NCBI GenBank assembly: GCA_043797085.1
Contig: JAZDQA010000005.1
Coordinates: 64,001 to 128,000, forward strand
Length of the DNA: 64,000 nt
Direction of reading: 5' to 3'
From: Pseudomonadota bacterium
Lineage (GTDB): Bacteria > Campylobacterota > Campylobacteria > Campylobacterales > Sulfurimonadaceae
The notes beneath the pieces were generated by a model. The model searched no databases, was not told where the DNA came from, and worked only from the letters and a program-made list of their open reading frames with translations. This document shows positions 1 to 9,805 of the stretch, one piece after another. Both the position numbers and the translations under genes were made by a program. Position 1 is the stretch's first letter. The number at the start of each line of letters is the position of its first letter.

Positions 1-2
1 AT

Positions 3-272
3 ATTTATGTGGCAGCAAATCCTGATTCCTTGTATTTGTTTAGAAAAGAGTGGGAAGCAGAACTGTATGACTATAAAAAAACGCTCAATTCGTTCAATTT
101 TACCAAGTGCGATCACGGAAAAAATGTGGCGGATGATGTATTGTTATTAAACTTTCAAGCGCTAACTTTGCACAATACTAATATCTATTTGATGACATTC
201 GACCGCGAGCTAAAAGAGCGATTTACGGCAGTAACTCATTTAACTAATAATCTTTATATTCTCGAAAAATAA
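3..272 (+). CDS. 3' part of a hypothetical protein, possibly PIN/NYN-like nuclease fold (truncated by window edge)
   Basis: Frame is open to the window start. 'ADDVLL...IYLMTFDRELKER' resembles the C-terminal acidic motifs of PIN/NYN domains. Confidence 0.4.
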   Translation: MYVAANPDSLYLFRKEWEAELYDYKKTLNSFNFTKCDHGKNVADDVLLLNFQALTLHNTNIYLMTFDRELKERFTAVTHLTNNLYILEK

Positions 273-288
273 ATTATTACGGAACATT

Positions 289-2403
289 ATGGCCCCACTA
301 ATCAACTTACTCACTCAAAAAACCGGTATTTCTAAAAACAACATTGAGTCGATTTTAAAACTTCTCGAAGAGGGTTCAACTATCCCTTTTATCGCTCGTT
401 ATCGCAAAGAGATGACGGGGGGTGCTAGTGATGAGCAGTTGCGTGATTTTGAAACTATTTATGCGTATTCCAAAAAACTGTTGGAGCGTAAAGAGGAAAT
501 TCGTAGACTGATACAAGAACGGGGAGTGTTAAGTGTTGAGCTGTCCACTCTCATCGATGCAGCGCAAACGCTTCAAGTGCTTGAAGATATTTATCGTCCA
601 TTTAAGGAAAAGAAAAATACGCGTGCCGCATCAGCAATAGCCGCAGGACTTCAGCCATTGGCAAATATTCTTCAAAGTTGCAGATTGGAGTTGGCAGAAT
701 TCAAAAAGAAAGCACAGGAATTTGTCAAAGGGTCGATAAAAACTGTTGATGAAGCGGTGCAGGGGGCAAAAGATATCGTAGCGGAAGCGTATAGTGATGA
801 TCCGCGTGAACGGGAGCACTGGAGAAAACAACTTCTAGACTATTCTTCTTTTGAGATAAAAGGGACAAAAACACTCAAAGAAGAGGGATTGTTTGTAAAA
901 TTGGCGGGAAAAGCTGAGCGTATTTCTTCTATCCCTTCGCATCGTTATCTGGCGTTAATGAGAGGGGTTGACGAAAAAGAGCTAAGCGTTAAAATCTCGC
1001 ATGATATGGAACGCGTGGAAAGTTCCATTAAACAATTCAGGCTTCCTAGAAATGCCAATGGAAGTAAAGAAATACTGCTCGAAGCGTATTTAGACGGATT
1101 TAAACGGCTGTTATTTCCTTCGTTGGAACGGGAGATTCACAGTACGATAAAAGAACGTTCGGATATTCAAGCCATCAAGACATTCGGTAAAAATCTTACA
1201 CAACTTCTCAACACGCCGCCTGTCACAAAACGAGTCATTTTGGGAGCCGATCCTGCGTACCGTACGGGGTGTAAACTAGCTGTTGTGGATGAACACGGAA
1301 CCTATCTAGCCCATGCCGTGATCTATCCTACCCCTCCGGTAAACGATTATGCGGCTTCGGCAAAGGTGGTCAAAGAGCTCTCAAAAAAGTACAACATCAC
1401 GGGTGTCGCCATCGGAAATGGTACGGGTTCACGCGAAACACAGGAATTTTTTGCCCGTGTCAATCAAGAAGAGGGGCTTAACCTCTCGTATACGGTGGTA
1501 TCGGAAGCGGGCGCATCGGTCTATTCGGCATCCAAAATCGCACAAGAGGAATATCCGAATCTCGACGTGACGATACGGGGAGCCATCTCGATTGCTCAGC
1601 GTCTTCGTGACCCGATGGCAGCATTGGTAAAAATCGATCCGAAATCGTTGGGTATTGGGCAATATCAGCACGATGTGGATCAAAAACTTTTGGAAAAAAA
1701 GCTGGGTGAAGTGACGGAAGATTTGGTAAATCGTATCGGTGTGGATCCTAACAGTGCATCAGTTTCACTGCTGTCATACGTTGCGGGAGTTGGGACAAAA
1801 CTTGCTCGTGCGATTGTCGAACATCGTGAGAATCAAGGTGCATACAAGAGTAAAAGTGACCTTTTAAAAGTCAAAGGACTGGGAGCAAGAGCGTATAAGC
1901 AGTGTGCGGGATTTTTTCGTATTCGTGAGGGGAAAAGTATTCTCGATAATACGGGCGTTCATCCTGAGAGTTACGCCGTGGCGCAAACATTGAGTACGCG
2001 ATACGATTTCCATACCCTTACAAAAGAACAAATTCCGAAGCTGGCAGTGGAAATGGGTATAGGAGAATTAACCCTTCAAGACATAATATCGGAGCTCAAA
2101 AAACCGGGATTCGATCCTCGTGAGACATTACCACCCATCATGTTTCGAGAGGGACTTACCGACATTAAAGAGCTTCAAGAGGGATCAATCGTCTCAGGAG
2201 TTGTACGAAACATCGCTGATTTCGGCGCATTTGTCGATATTGGGCTCAAAAATGACGGCTTAATTCATATCTCTCAGATGTCCGAAAAACGAATTGTACA
2301 CCCGCTGGAAATATTGAGTGTCAATCAGCATCTACGTCATATCCGCGTTGTGGAAGTGGATCACCAAAAAGGGAAAGTGTCACTTAGTTTAAGGGATATA
2401 TAG
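289..2403 (+). CDS. tex: Tex/YhgF transcription accessory protein (YqgF, HhH and S1 domains)
   Basis: TIPFIARYRKE, DPAYRTGCK, SEAGASVYSAS, IGQYQHDV and C-terminal S1 domain (FGAFVDIG...GLIHIS). Confidence 0.95.
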   Translation: MAPLINLLTQKTGISKNNIESILKLLEEGSTIPFIARYRKEMTGGASDEQLRDFETIYAYSKKLLERKEEIRRLIQERGVLSVELSTLIDAAQTLQVLEDIYRPFKEKKNTRAASAIAAGLQPLANILQSCRLELAEFKKKAQEFVKGSIKTVDEAVQGAKDIVAEAYSDDPREREHWRKQLLDYSSFEIKGTKTLKEEGLFVKLAGKAERISSIPSHRYLALMRGVDEKELSVKISHDMERVESSIKQFRLPRNANGSKEILLEAYLDGFKRLLFPSLEREIHSTIKERSDIQAIKTFGKNLTQLLNTPPVTKRVILGADPAYRTGCKLAVVDEHGTYLAHAVIYPTPPVNDYAASAKVVKELSKKYNITGVAIGNGTGSRETQEFFARVNQEEGLNLSYTVVSEAGASVYSASKIAQEEYPNLDVTIRGAISIAQRLRDPMAALVKIDPKSLGIGQYQHDVDQKLLEKKLGEVTEDLVNRIGVDPNSASVSLLSYVAGVGTKLARAIVEHRENQGAYKSKSDLLKVKGLGARAYKQCAGFFRIREGKSILDNTGVHPESYAVAQTLSTRYDFHTLTKEQIPKLAVEMGIGELTLQDIISELKKPGFDPRETLPPIMFREGLTDIKELQEGSIVSGVVRNIADFGAFVDIGLKNDGLIHISQMSEKRIVHPLEILSVNQHLRHIRVVEVDHQKGKVSLSLRDI

Positions 2404-2435
2404 AAATTTTGTATTTTAAGTTTTTATACCTGTGA

Positions 2436-3221
2436 TTAATAAGAATAGATTAATACGGCATTAAAAATATTGAAGTTCGATTCGGAACGAGGTTCTATCC
2501 AAGGGATACCCGTGGTATCAACAATAATATTTGATTTTTCTATATCCCATGTTTGATAGGTATAGGCAAATTTTAATGCCCATTCCGATGTAATTGTGTG
2601 TATCCAAGGAATAGAAACAGTGTAACCATCAGTACGCCCTAAATCAAATGTTCCGAACATATTTGACTTCATTTTAGGAGAAATTGCTCTGTGGTATTCA
2701 ACTGAAATCCCGATATTATCATCAGGAAAAATATTTCCACTAAGTCCAGTAGAGAGTGATCCATACGGCCAAACATATTGTTCATTATGACCACCGTTTA
2801 AAACTCTTTCCCAAAATCGGTACCCTATTCCAACACGCATAGACCAGAGTGCTTGGTCTAATACTTTATCTTCGCTATAGCCAATCGTTGCTTCAGAGAT
2901 ATGGTTATGTGTTGCTGTAACGAGGTCTCCATAGTTACCTCCTTGATAAGAGCCAATATAGGTTGTATCACCATAAAAATGAGAAAATCCAGCGTCTATG
3001 TATCCGCAGTCTCCATCCACACCATCATTGATATGCGTTTTGTAACCTATGGAAAAGCCAGGTAAGGTGTCTGCTGTTTCTGAATCAAATCTATCTCCAT
3101 TAGCTTTGTATTCCATATAATCCATAGACATGGTATTCGCTCCGACAGTGAGCTGACTCTCTTTTGCCAAGGCTGCAAAGGCTATTGATAAAATTAAAAT
3201 TACTAAATAGTGCTTTTTCAT
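2436..3221 (-). CDS. Putative outer-membrane beta-barrel protein
   Basis: Signal peptide (MKKHYLVILILSIAFAALA), alternating aromatic beta-strand pattern, C-terminal aromatic beta-signal (AVLIYSY). Confidence 0.65.
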   Translation of the reverse strand: MKKHYLVILILSIAFAALAKESQLTVGANTMSMDYMEYKANGDRFDSETADTLPGFSIGYKTHINDGVDGDCGYIDAGFSHFYGDTTYIGSYQGGNYGDLVTATHNHISEATIGYSEDKVLDQALWSMRVGIGYRFWERVLNGGHNEQYVWPYGSLSTGLSGNIFPDDNIGISVEYHRAISPKMKSNMFGTFDLGRTDGYTVSIPWIHTITSEWALKFAYTYQTWDIEKSNIIVDTTGIPWIEPRSESNFNIFNAVLIYSY

Positions 3222-3331
3222 CGTTAAAACTCCCTTTTTTTGTTAGAGGGTATTTGTAAATTTCTTATTTTATGATACATAATTTATGGTTAATATTTTC
3301 ATGTTTTCATTATAAGGGAATTAAAATAAAG

Positions 3332-4972
3332 TTATTTTGAGATATAAAAGACAAAAGTAATAACTTCAAGAATGAGCATCATAAAAAACCCGACCTTATA
3401 AAATGTAACAGGAGAGCGTTCGATGAGGGGGATTCCTTTACAAAAATAGGGTTTTACTTTTTCAGGCGATTTAAGTTCGTAAAAAAATTCTGAGTAGTGA
3501 GTGTAGCGTTCATTGGAATCGAGTGCAATGGCGTGCATAATGATGGAGTCAAGCCATACTGGAATATTTTTGTTGAGCTTGATAGGGCGTTTGGGCGTTT
3601 TAAATGTAGGTGTTTGGAACGGCTCGATCTCACCGTAGGGCATAACACCTGTTAGTGCCCAGTACAGTGTTACTCCGATGGAAAATATTTCACTGGATTC
3701 GTTGATGATTCCACCTGTAAAACGCTCAGGAGCGAGATAGCTTGGGGTCCCTGCACGGGAGTTGAGCGAGTAAATTTCGACAACAGAGCCAAAATCAACC
3801 ATTTTGAAAGTGACTCCTGCCTCACCCACTTTTTTGGTAACGATGATATTTTCGGGTTTGATGTCCCCGTGGACCAGTCCTAAATGAAGGAGATGTGCTT
3901 GGGCTTTGTGCAAAAATTTCCCAAGCTCAATTGCAGCATCGATAGAAATAGGTCGATTTTTGAGATAGTCATGCAGATTCATCCCCTCAACAAGTTCCAT
4001 CATGTAGTAGCGTACCGTTCGTTCCGCCGGAACCCATGCGTGACCGAAGGCTTTGTGGGTTACTTGTTTGGCGTACCATGCTTCTTTGACAAACTTATCG
4101 AGCGCTTGAGGATCATCACCGCTCATTGGAAATTTCATCACAAACAGTTCATTACTTTTAGAGACTTTCCAAATACGGCTGTGCTCCATCATGGGAGAGA
4201 GGAGGGTATATCCGTCGATGATTTGACCCTCAAAGAGAGTTTCAGGAATAGGAAGGGGAGCATTTTTGAGTGCATGAAGCGGATCGAGTGCTTCGATATG
4301 AAAAATTTGCAAACTCATATCATCACGATCTTTTGGGAGAGCGTTTTGAGAGACGTGAGTGACGATGCTTTTTGCGCCCAACCCTTTTTGTATTAGTTCT
4401 AAAAAAGAGTCATTGTCGATGAGATTATAAACCCCATCACTGCAAAGGATAAGGGTGTCGCCAACGGCTATGTGCGTAGAGAGAATCGGGACATCAATAT
4501 TTTCGCAAAGCCCGCATGCTTGCGTAAGTACGTGAGACATATACTCATCGTCCATAGTGTGATCGGTACTTAGCTGTTGCAGTTTACCATCGGATGACAA
4601 AAGATAGATGCGTGAATCACCGAGATTAAGGGAGTAGAGCGTTTCACCTTCGATGACGGTAAGGCAAAGGGTAGTGAGAAGCTCGATTTTCTCGTATTGC
4701 GACATTGATTCTTTGAATAAAAGATTGTTGATGTGACGGGTGAAAACTTCCATTGTTTTGGGAATGTCCCACGCTTTTGGACGCGTTTTAAACTGGTCGA
4801 TAAAAAATTTTACGCATTGGCGCGCCGCGCTTCCGCCGCGCTTCGCACTTCCGACACCATCGCATAAGACGCTGACAAACAGGGTATTATCGATGATGGT
4901 AAACGCGCAAGCATCATCCCCGACACAATCAGGTTTAGGAAGGATGACTTGCGAAGATTGGAGTTGTAACAT
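3332..4972 (-). CDS. Bifunctional PP2C-type phosphatase / Ser-Thr protein kinase with C-terminal TM helix
   Basis: PP2C motifs LCDGVG, NLGDSRIY, LCSDGV, RDDMS; kinase motifs VMK, HGDIKPEN, DFG, GTPSYLAPE. Start abuts the narK stop. Confidence 0.9.
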   Translation of the reverse strand: MLQLQSSQVILPKPDCVGDDACAFTIIDNTLFVSVLCDGVGSAKRGGSAARQCVKFFIDQFKTRPKAWDIPKTMEVFTRHINNLLFKESMSQYEKIELLTTLCLTVIEGETLYSLNLGDSRIYLLSSDGKLQQLSTDHTMDDEYMSHVLTQACGLCENIDVPILSTHIAVGDTLILCSDGVYNLIDNDSFLELIQKGLGAKSIVTHVSQNALPKDRDDMSLQIFHIEALDPLHALKNAPLPIPETLFEGQIIDGYTLLSPMMEHSRIWKVSKSNELFVMKFPMSGDDPQALDKFVKEAWYAKQVTHKAFGHAWVPAERTVRYYMMELVEGMNLHDYLKNRPISIDAAIELGKFLHKAQAHLLHLGLVHGDIKPENIIVTKKVGEAGVTFKMVDFGSVVEIYSLNSRAGTPSYLAPERFTGGIINESSEIFSIGVTLYWALTGVMPYGEIEPFQTPTFKTPKRPIKLNKNIPVWLDSIIMHAIALDSNERYTHYSEFFYELKSPEKVKPYFCKGIPLIERSPVTFYKVGFFMMLILEVITFVFYISK

Positions 4973-6250
4973 TTATATTTTCGCTCCTGAAACTGCGCCC
5001 CACGTTGTTCTCCAACGCGTTTTAACCAGACTGATACCGCTCATAGCGATAAGAACCATCACACCGAAGATCAAAAATCCGGCTGTATACCCCTCGAATG
5101 CTCCTTGCGACCATCCGAATGTTTTGATAAGAGCTGTACCGCCCAAACCGCCTGCTGCACCGATAAGCCCTGTCATAACGCCGATGTCTTTACCAAAACG
5201 CTGCGGAACGAGCTGAAATACTGAACCGTTCGCCATTCCGAGATTTGCCATGATAAGAAACATCACGACAATCGCTGCCCAAAACGGAAGCTTGATAAAG
5301 GCACTGATAAGAGATAGAACGACAATCATACCAAAAAAGATGTAAAGGGATTTTATTCCTCCCATTTTATCCGCAACTGCACCGCCGACCGGACGAAGCA
5401 TTGCTCCTGCAAAAATACAAAGTGCTCCGAAATATCCGGCGATAACTTTGACGTTCTCCTCGTTCATCACATCGATGCCAAAGGCAGACATATCTGCTTG
5501 GTAGGTGTTCATCAAATAGACTTTCATGTAGTTGGCAAATCCGATAAATCCTCCGAAAGAGACGGCATAAAAGAGGTTAAACCACCATGTGTCTTTGTCT
5601 CGCATGAGTTTCATATAATCCGCTAATTTTTTAGGATTTGGTTTATAGACACTTGATGGTGCGTCTTTTGCCATAAGCATATAGGCTACCAATACAATAC
5701 TTGATAGAATCCCGCCGACCAAGAAGACCGATGCCCATCCCCAAAGTTCTGCAATCTTAGGGGCAAATAAAAAGTCAATAACAACCCCGATATTTCCTGC
5801 ACCCGCAATCCCAAGAACCGTTCCCTGAAGACGCGGCGGATACCATTGACCTGCTTGCGGGAGTGCTACGGCAAATGATGCACCTGCAAATCCAAGACCC
5901 AATGCGACAAGAAGAAGCTGATTATACGTAATAGAATCCGCACTGATATAGGCCAAAAAGAGTGTGGCAATCACGATGAGCTGAGAAACAAGAGCGGTTT
6001 TCTTCGCTCCGAATTTATCGACAAATACGCCCAATACGATGCGCAGCAGAGCACCAGCAAGTACCGGAACCGCGAGCAGTGTCGCTTGCTGATCATCACT
6101 CATGGTAAATCCACGAAGTGAGAGGCTTTCCCCAATCTCGGTTGCCAGTGGTCCCAGCATCGTCCACATCATAAAACTAAAATCAAAATACAAGAAAGCT
6201 GCAAACAGCGTTGGCCAGTGCCCCTCTTTTTTTAAATCTCCGAATTTCAT
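4973..6250 (-). CDS. narK: NarK/NasA family nitrate/nitrite MFS transporter
   Basis: GHWPTLFAAFLYFD N-terminus, nitrate signatures GFAGASFA...GAGNIG and GMANGSVFQLVP...GAAGGLGG, about 12 hydrophobic segments. Confidence 0.9.
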   Translation of the reverse strand: MKFGDLKKEGHWPTLFAAFLYFDFSFMMWTMLGPLATEIGESLSLRGFTMSDDQQATLLAVPVLAGALLRIVLGVFVDKFGAKKTALVSQLIVIATLFLAYISADSITYNQLLLVALGLGFAGASFAVALPQAGQWYPPRLQGTVLGIAGAGNIGVVIDFLFAPKIAELWGWASVFLVGGILSSIVLVAYMLMAKDAPSSVYKPNPKKLADYMKLMRDKDTWWFNLFYAVSFGGFIGFANYMKVYLMNTYQADMSAFGIDVMNEENVKVIAGYFGALCIFAGAMLRPVGGAVADKMGGIKSLYIFFGMIVVLSLISAFIKLPFWAAIVVMFLIMANLGMANGSVFQLVPQRFGKDIGVMTGLIGAAGGLGGTALIKTFGWSQGAFEGYTAGFLIFGVMVLIAMSGISLVKTRWRTTWGAVSGAKI

Positions 6251-6421
6251 GTATCCTCCTAATTAGGATTTTTTTATCTCAAAAGTGTACACTAATGTGT
6301 AATGCTTTCTATTCAGTTGATTGTTTAAATTTTAATCACTTTGACTTTTAGATGAATTTTTAACGATTCATGAACATTTAAGGGATACAATAGAAAATTA
6401 AGATCAAAAGGAGAGTGCGCT

Positions 6422-6853
6422 ATGTTGGCTGAATTCAAAAAATTTTTAATCGGTGGCAATGTCATTGATATGGCGGTAGGGTTTATTTTTGGTGCTGCGT
6501 TTGCGACAGTTGTTAAATCATTGGTGACAAATATCATTATGCCACCCGTTGGTTTGCTTATGGGGGGAGCCGATTTTTCGTCGTTATTTATCGCTTTGGA
6601 CGGGAAAGAATATGTTTCTTTAAGCGCTTTGGATGCCGCTGGGGCTCCGGCAATTAAGCTTGGATTGTTTGTAAATGATGTTATTTCGTTTACGATTTTA
6701 GGATTTGTGATGTTTATGATGGTGAAAGCCTACAATAAACTCAAAGCGAAAGAGCCAGAAGCAGCTGTACCTACGACTAAAGTATGTCCTGAATGTGCGA
6801 TGGAAATTCCATTGGCAGCACATGTGTGTCCCCATTGCCGAAGTGTGCAATAA
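6422..6853 (+). CDS. mscL: Large-conductance mechanosensitive channel with C-terminal CxxC/CxxC zinc ribbon
   Basis: EFKKF...GNVIDMAVGFIFGAAF, IIMPPVG, GLFVNDVISF; tail CPEC...CPHC. Confidence 0.93.
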   Translation: MLAEFKKFLIGGNVIDMAVGFIFGAAFATVVKSLVTNIIMPPVGLLMGGADFSSLFIALDGKEYVSLSALDAAGAPAIKLGLFVNDVISFTILGFVMFMMVKAYNKLKAKEPEAAVPTTKVCPECAMEIPLAAHVCPHCRSVQ

Positions 6854-6856
6854 GTT

Positions 6857-9805
6857 TTATGAACGACTCATTCTAAATACTTCAAACGCTTCGGCGGGAA
6901 GAGGTTTAGAATAAAAATATCCTTGTATTTCATCGCATCCTTCTTCTTGAAGATATTCGAGCTGCTCAATCGTTTCAACTCCCTCTGCAATTGTTTGCAA
7001 GCCTAAGCGTTTTGCCATACTGATGATCGCACTGACGATAGCTTTATCCTCTTTATCAATGTTGATGTCCCGAATAAATGATTGATCAATCTTGAGTTTG
7101 TAGATTTTGAATTTCTTGAGGTAGCTTAAGCTTGAGTACCCTGTCCCAAAATCATCTATGGACATGTGTACCCCAAGATCGTGTAAATCATTCATTACAT
7201 TGATGGCTTTTTGCGGATCATGCATCGCTATGCTTTCGGTCAGTTCAAGTTCTAGGTATTGAGGGGGTAATCCGACTTCTTCAAGTATCATGGAAACCGT
7301 GTTTAACAGCGATAAATGCCGAAATTGTATCGCTGATAGATTGACTGCAATAATAATTGGTTTACTTCCTTGGTCCATCCACATTTTTGCTTGAGATATA
7401 GCGGTTTGCAGTACCCATTCCCCTACAGGTAAGATGAGACCATTTTCTTCTAAAATAGGGATAAATTCCGCAGGAAATATGCTTCCATACTCTGGATGAT
7501 GCCAGCGTAAAAGTGCTTCTGCCCCAATGATTTCGCCATCCTTAGCAGAAATTTGAGGTTGATAGTGCAGCTGAAATTGATTTTTTTCCAGCGCATGACG
7601 CAAGGCATTATTCAATTGTAGATTTCGAGCTGAATGTTCTTGCATCTCACTAGTAAAGAAGCTGTAGCCGTTACGTCCTTCTTGTTTGGCGCGATACATC
7701 GCAGTATCGGCATTTTTATAGAGAGTTTCGAAATCCGTTCCGTCATTAGGGTACAAAGCAATTCCAATAGAAGCGCTGATACTAAGTTCATGATGATCGA
7801 TTTGGAAAGGAGTGTTAAAGACATCTAAAAGTTTTTGAGCTACTTTTATGGCTCCATTTATCTGTATGTTGGGGAGAAGAATGATGAACTCATCGCCTCC
7901 TAGCCGTGCTAAGGTGTCTTCTTCACGCAATAACGATTGCAGACGTGCAGAAGACTGAATCAGCAGGGTATCACCGATGCTGTGTCCTAAGGTATCATTA
8001 ATTTCCTTGAATCGGTCAAGGTCGAGAAACATGACCGTAATCTCTTTATTGTTGCGTTTTGCCAAACTCAATAAATGTTTAATTTGGAGGTTGAGCTGTG
8101 TACGATTTGGCAATCCTGTCAGAGAATCAAAATTTGCCAGATAGCGTATTTGTTCTTCGTTTTGTTTACGTTGGGTCGTATCTCTTGTGATGCCCAGTAA
8201 CATAGTGATATTTCCGTTTGTATCACGTAAAGGCGTTGCATGCGTTTCAAGCCAGCGATGGGTCCCTTTTATTCCTTGAATTTCAAATTCTAATATAGCA
8301 TTTTCTCCATTCATCACTCGTTTGTGCAACTCGATAAAAGGAGCTCGCCATTCAGGCAGGATGTAGTGCATCAAAGTATATTTTTGTGCCTCTTCTAGGG
8401 TATCAACCTCTAACATTTTTAATCCGGCAGGATTCATCTCTACAAGCTTACCGTTTGCATCTACCAATTTGACACATTCGGGTTCTGTTTCAATAATAGT
8501 AGATAGATGTTTTTGACTTTTTTGTAAAGCCTCTTCCATGTCTTTTCGGAGGGTGTCATGTTTGAAACTCTCTAGCGCAAAGCTGATATCCATTGCCATC
8601 TCTTCGAGCAATCTTTTGGCCGCTTCATCAAAGGCTTCTATGTCTTGAGCATAGAGAGTAAATATTCCCACCGTTTTTTTGTCGCGATAAAGTAGAAATT
8701 CGGTACTGTAATCGGTACTTTCTCCATAAAATGCGACCAATTCCATTTGCTGATTTTGTTCATTGTGAATGGAAATCGATGCCCTTTTCATACCACCGAA
8801 ATTGACGGCATCACGACAAATGATAGGAAATAGCTCTTCTTCATTTTTACATCGGACGATGGCTTGATTGCATTGACTTAATGCGGCATAGAGCCGTTTG
8901 AGCCGTTCATTTTTAGTGATGAGATCTTTTAGCGTTGATTGTGTTTCGCCAAGCCATCCTAAAACACTGTTTTCTTGACCTGAATTTACAATTATTGGAA
9001 TCGAAAAATCTCCCTGTCCTATACGTGAAATATGCGAGTGCAAATCATCGACGGAGCTGCCGAGTATCATATTGAGTGTTTTATAGAGACGAAAAAGCAT
9101 AAAGAAAAAATAGATGCCGATGAATACAAAGAGTATTCGAAAATAGTAGGCAATGGTTTCGGCTGTGTAAACTGCATCATTTGTCCGTTTTTTCATCATG
9201 ACATAAGATTCATCAATAGGATGCATAATAGAAGCTTTTGCCTGATGGTAAGTTGCATCATGCAAAAGTTCGAGAGCTTGTTGTTTTTTAAGAGCCATCT
9301 GCGATTGGGAGCCTTTGGATTCTATCAGCTTCATTGCGGTAAATTCGGTTTTGGTGAGTACATCGGAATTATTTTTGGCTTCGGATAGTTTGGCAAATTC
9401 GTCTTTTGTAAATCCTGCTTGACGCATTCTATCGATTAAAGGTACGGATTGATTGCTAAGAGGACGCGGACGTTTATCATCCAGTCCAACTAGATCCCAA
9501 TAAATATTCTGATAGTCAATCGGGCGAGCATTTAATCCATTACGAATATCGAGAATTTCTTGATAATGTTCTTTGTAAAGTGGATTTCCGGTGGCTATGT
9601 AGGTTCGAACCATTCGTGTTAAATCATCCGAAGATTGGCGTAATTCATCTGCGAGTAAAAAAGAGTTCAGACGTATTTCATTCAAACGATCAATTTCTTT
9701 TTCAGAATAAACATAGATATTAAGTGAGATTAAAAGCAGTATTAGGACAGAAATTGTTTGCCAAATATTTCGTATAAATGGAGAGAAAGATTTTTTTAAA
9801 AGCAT
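6857..9805 (-). CDS. Membrane-anchored diguanylate cyclase/phosphodiesterase (periplasmic sensor, HAMP-like, shortened GAF, PAS, GGDEF, EAL)
   Basis: Two TM segments; PAS (WLETHATPLRD...RDTT); REED I-site 5 residues before GGDEF; EALLRW, ELELTES, DDFGTGYSS, IQGYFYSKP. Confidence 0.93.
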   Translation of the reverse strand: MLLKKSFSPFIRNIWQTISVLILLLISLNIYVYSEKEIDRLNEIRLNSFLLADELRQSSDDLTRMVRTYIATGNPLYKEHYQEILDIRNGLNARPIDYQNIYWDLVGLDDKRPRPLSNQSVPLIDRMRQAGFTKDEFAKLSEAKNNSDVLTKTEFTAMKLIESKGSQSQMALKKQQALELLHDATYHQAKASIMHPIDESYVMMKKRTNDAVYTAETIAYYFRILFVFIGIYFFFMLFRLYKTLNMILGSSVDDLHSHISRIGQGDFSIPIIVNSGQENSVLGWLGETQSTLKDLITKNERLKRLYAALSQCNQAIVRCKNEEELFPIICRDAVNFGGMKRASISIHNEQNQQMELVAFYGESTDYSTEFLLYRDKKTVGIFTLYAQDIEAFDEAAKRLLEEMAMDISFALESFKHDTLRKDMEEALQKSQKHLSTIIETEPECVKLVDANGKLVEMNPAGLKMLEVDTLEEAQKYTLMHYILPEWRAPFIELHKRVMNGENAILEFEIQGIKGTHRWLETHATPLRDTNGNITMLLGITRDTTQRKQNEEQIRYLANFDSLTGLPNRTQLNLQIKHLLSLAKRNNKEITVMFLDLDRFKEINDTLGHSIGDTLLIQSSARLQSLLREEDTLARLGGDEFIILLPNIQINGAIKVAQKLLDVFNTPFQIDHHELSISASIGIALYPNDGTDFETLYKNADTAMYRAKQEGRNGYSFFTSEMQEHSARNLQLNNALRHALEKNQFQLHYQPQISAKDGEIIGAEALLRWHHPEYGSIFPAEFIPILEENGLILPVGEWVLQTAISQAKMWMDQGSKPIIIAVNLSAIQFRHLSLLNTVSMILEEVGLPPQYLELELTESIAMHDPQKAINVMNDLHDLGVHMSIDDFGTGYSSLSYLKKFKIYKLKIDQSFIRDINIDKEDKAIVSAIISMAKRLGLQTIAEGVETIEQLEYLQEEGCDEIQGYFYSKPLPAEAFEVFRMSRS

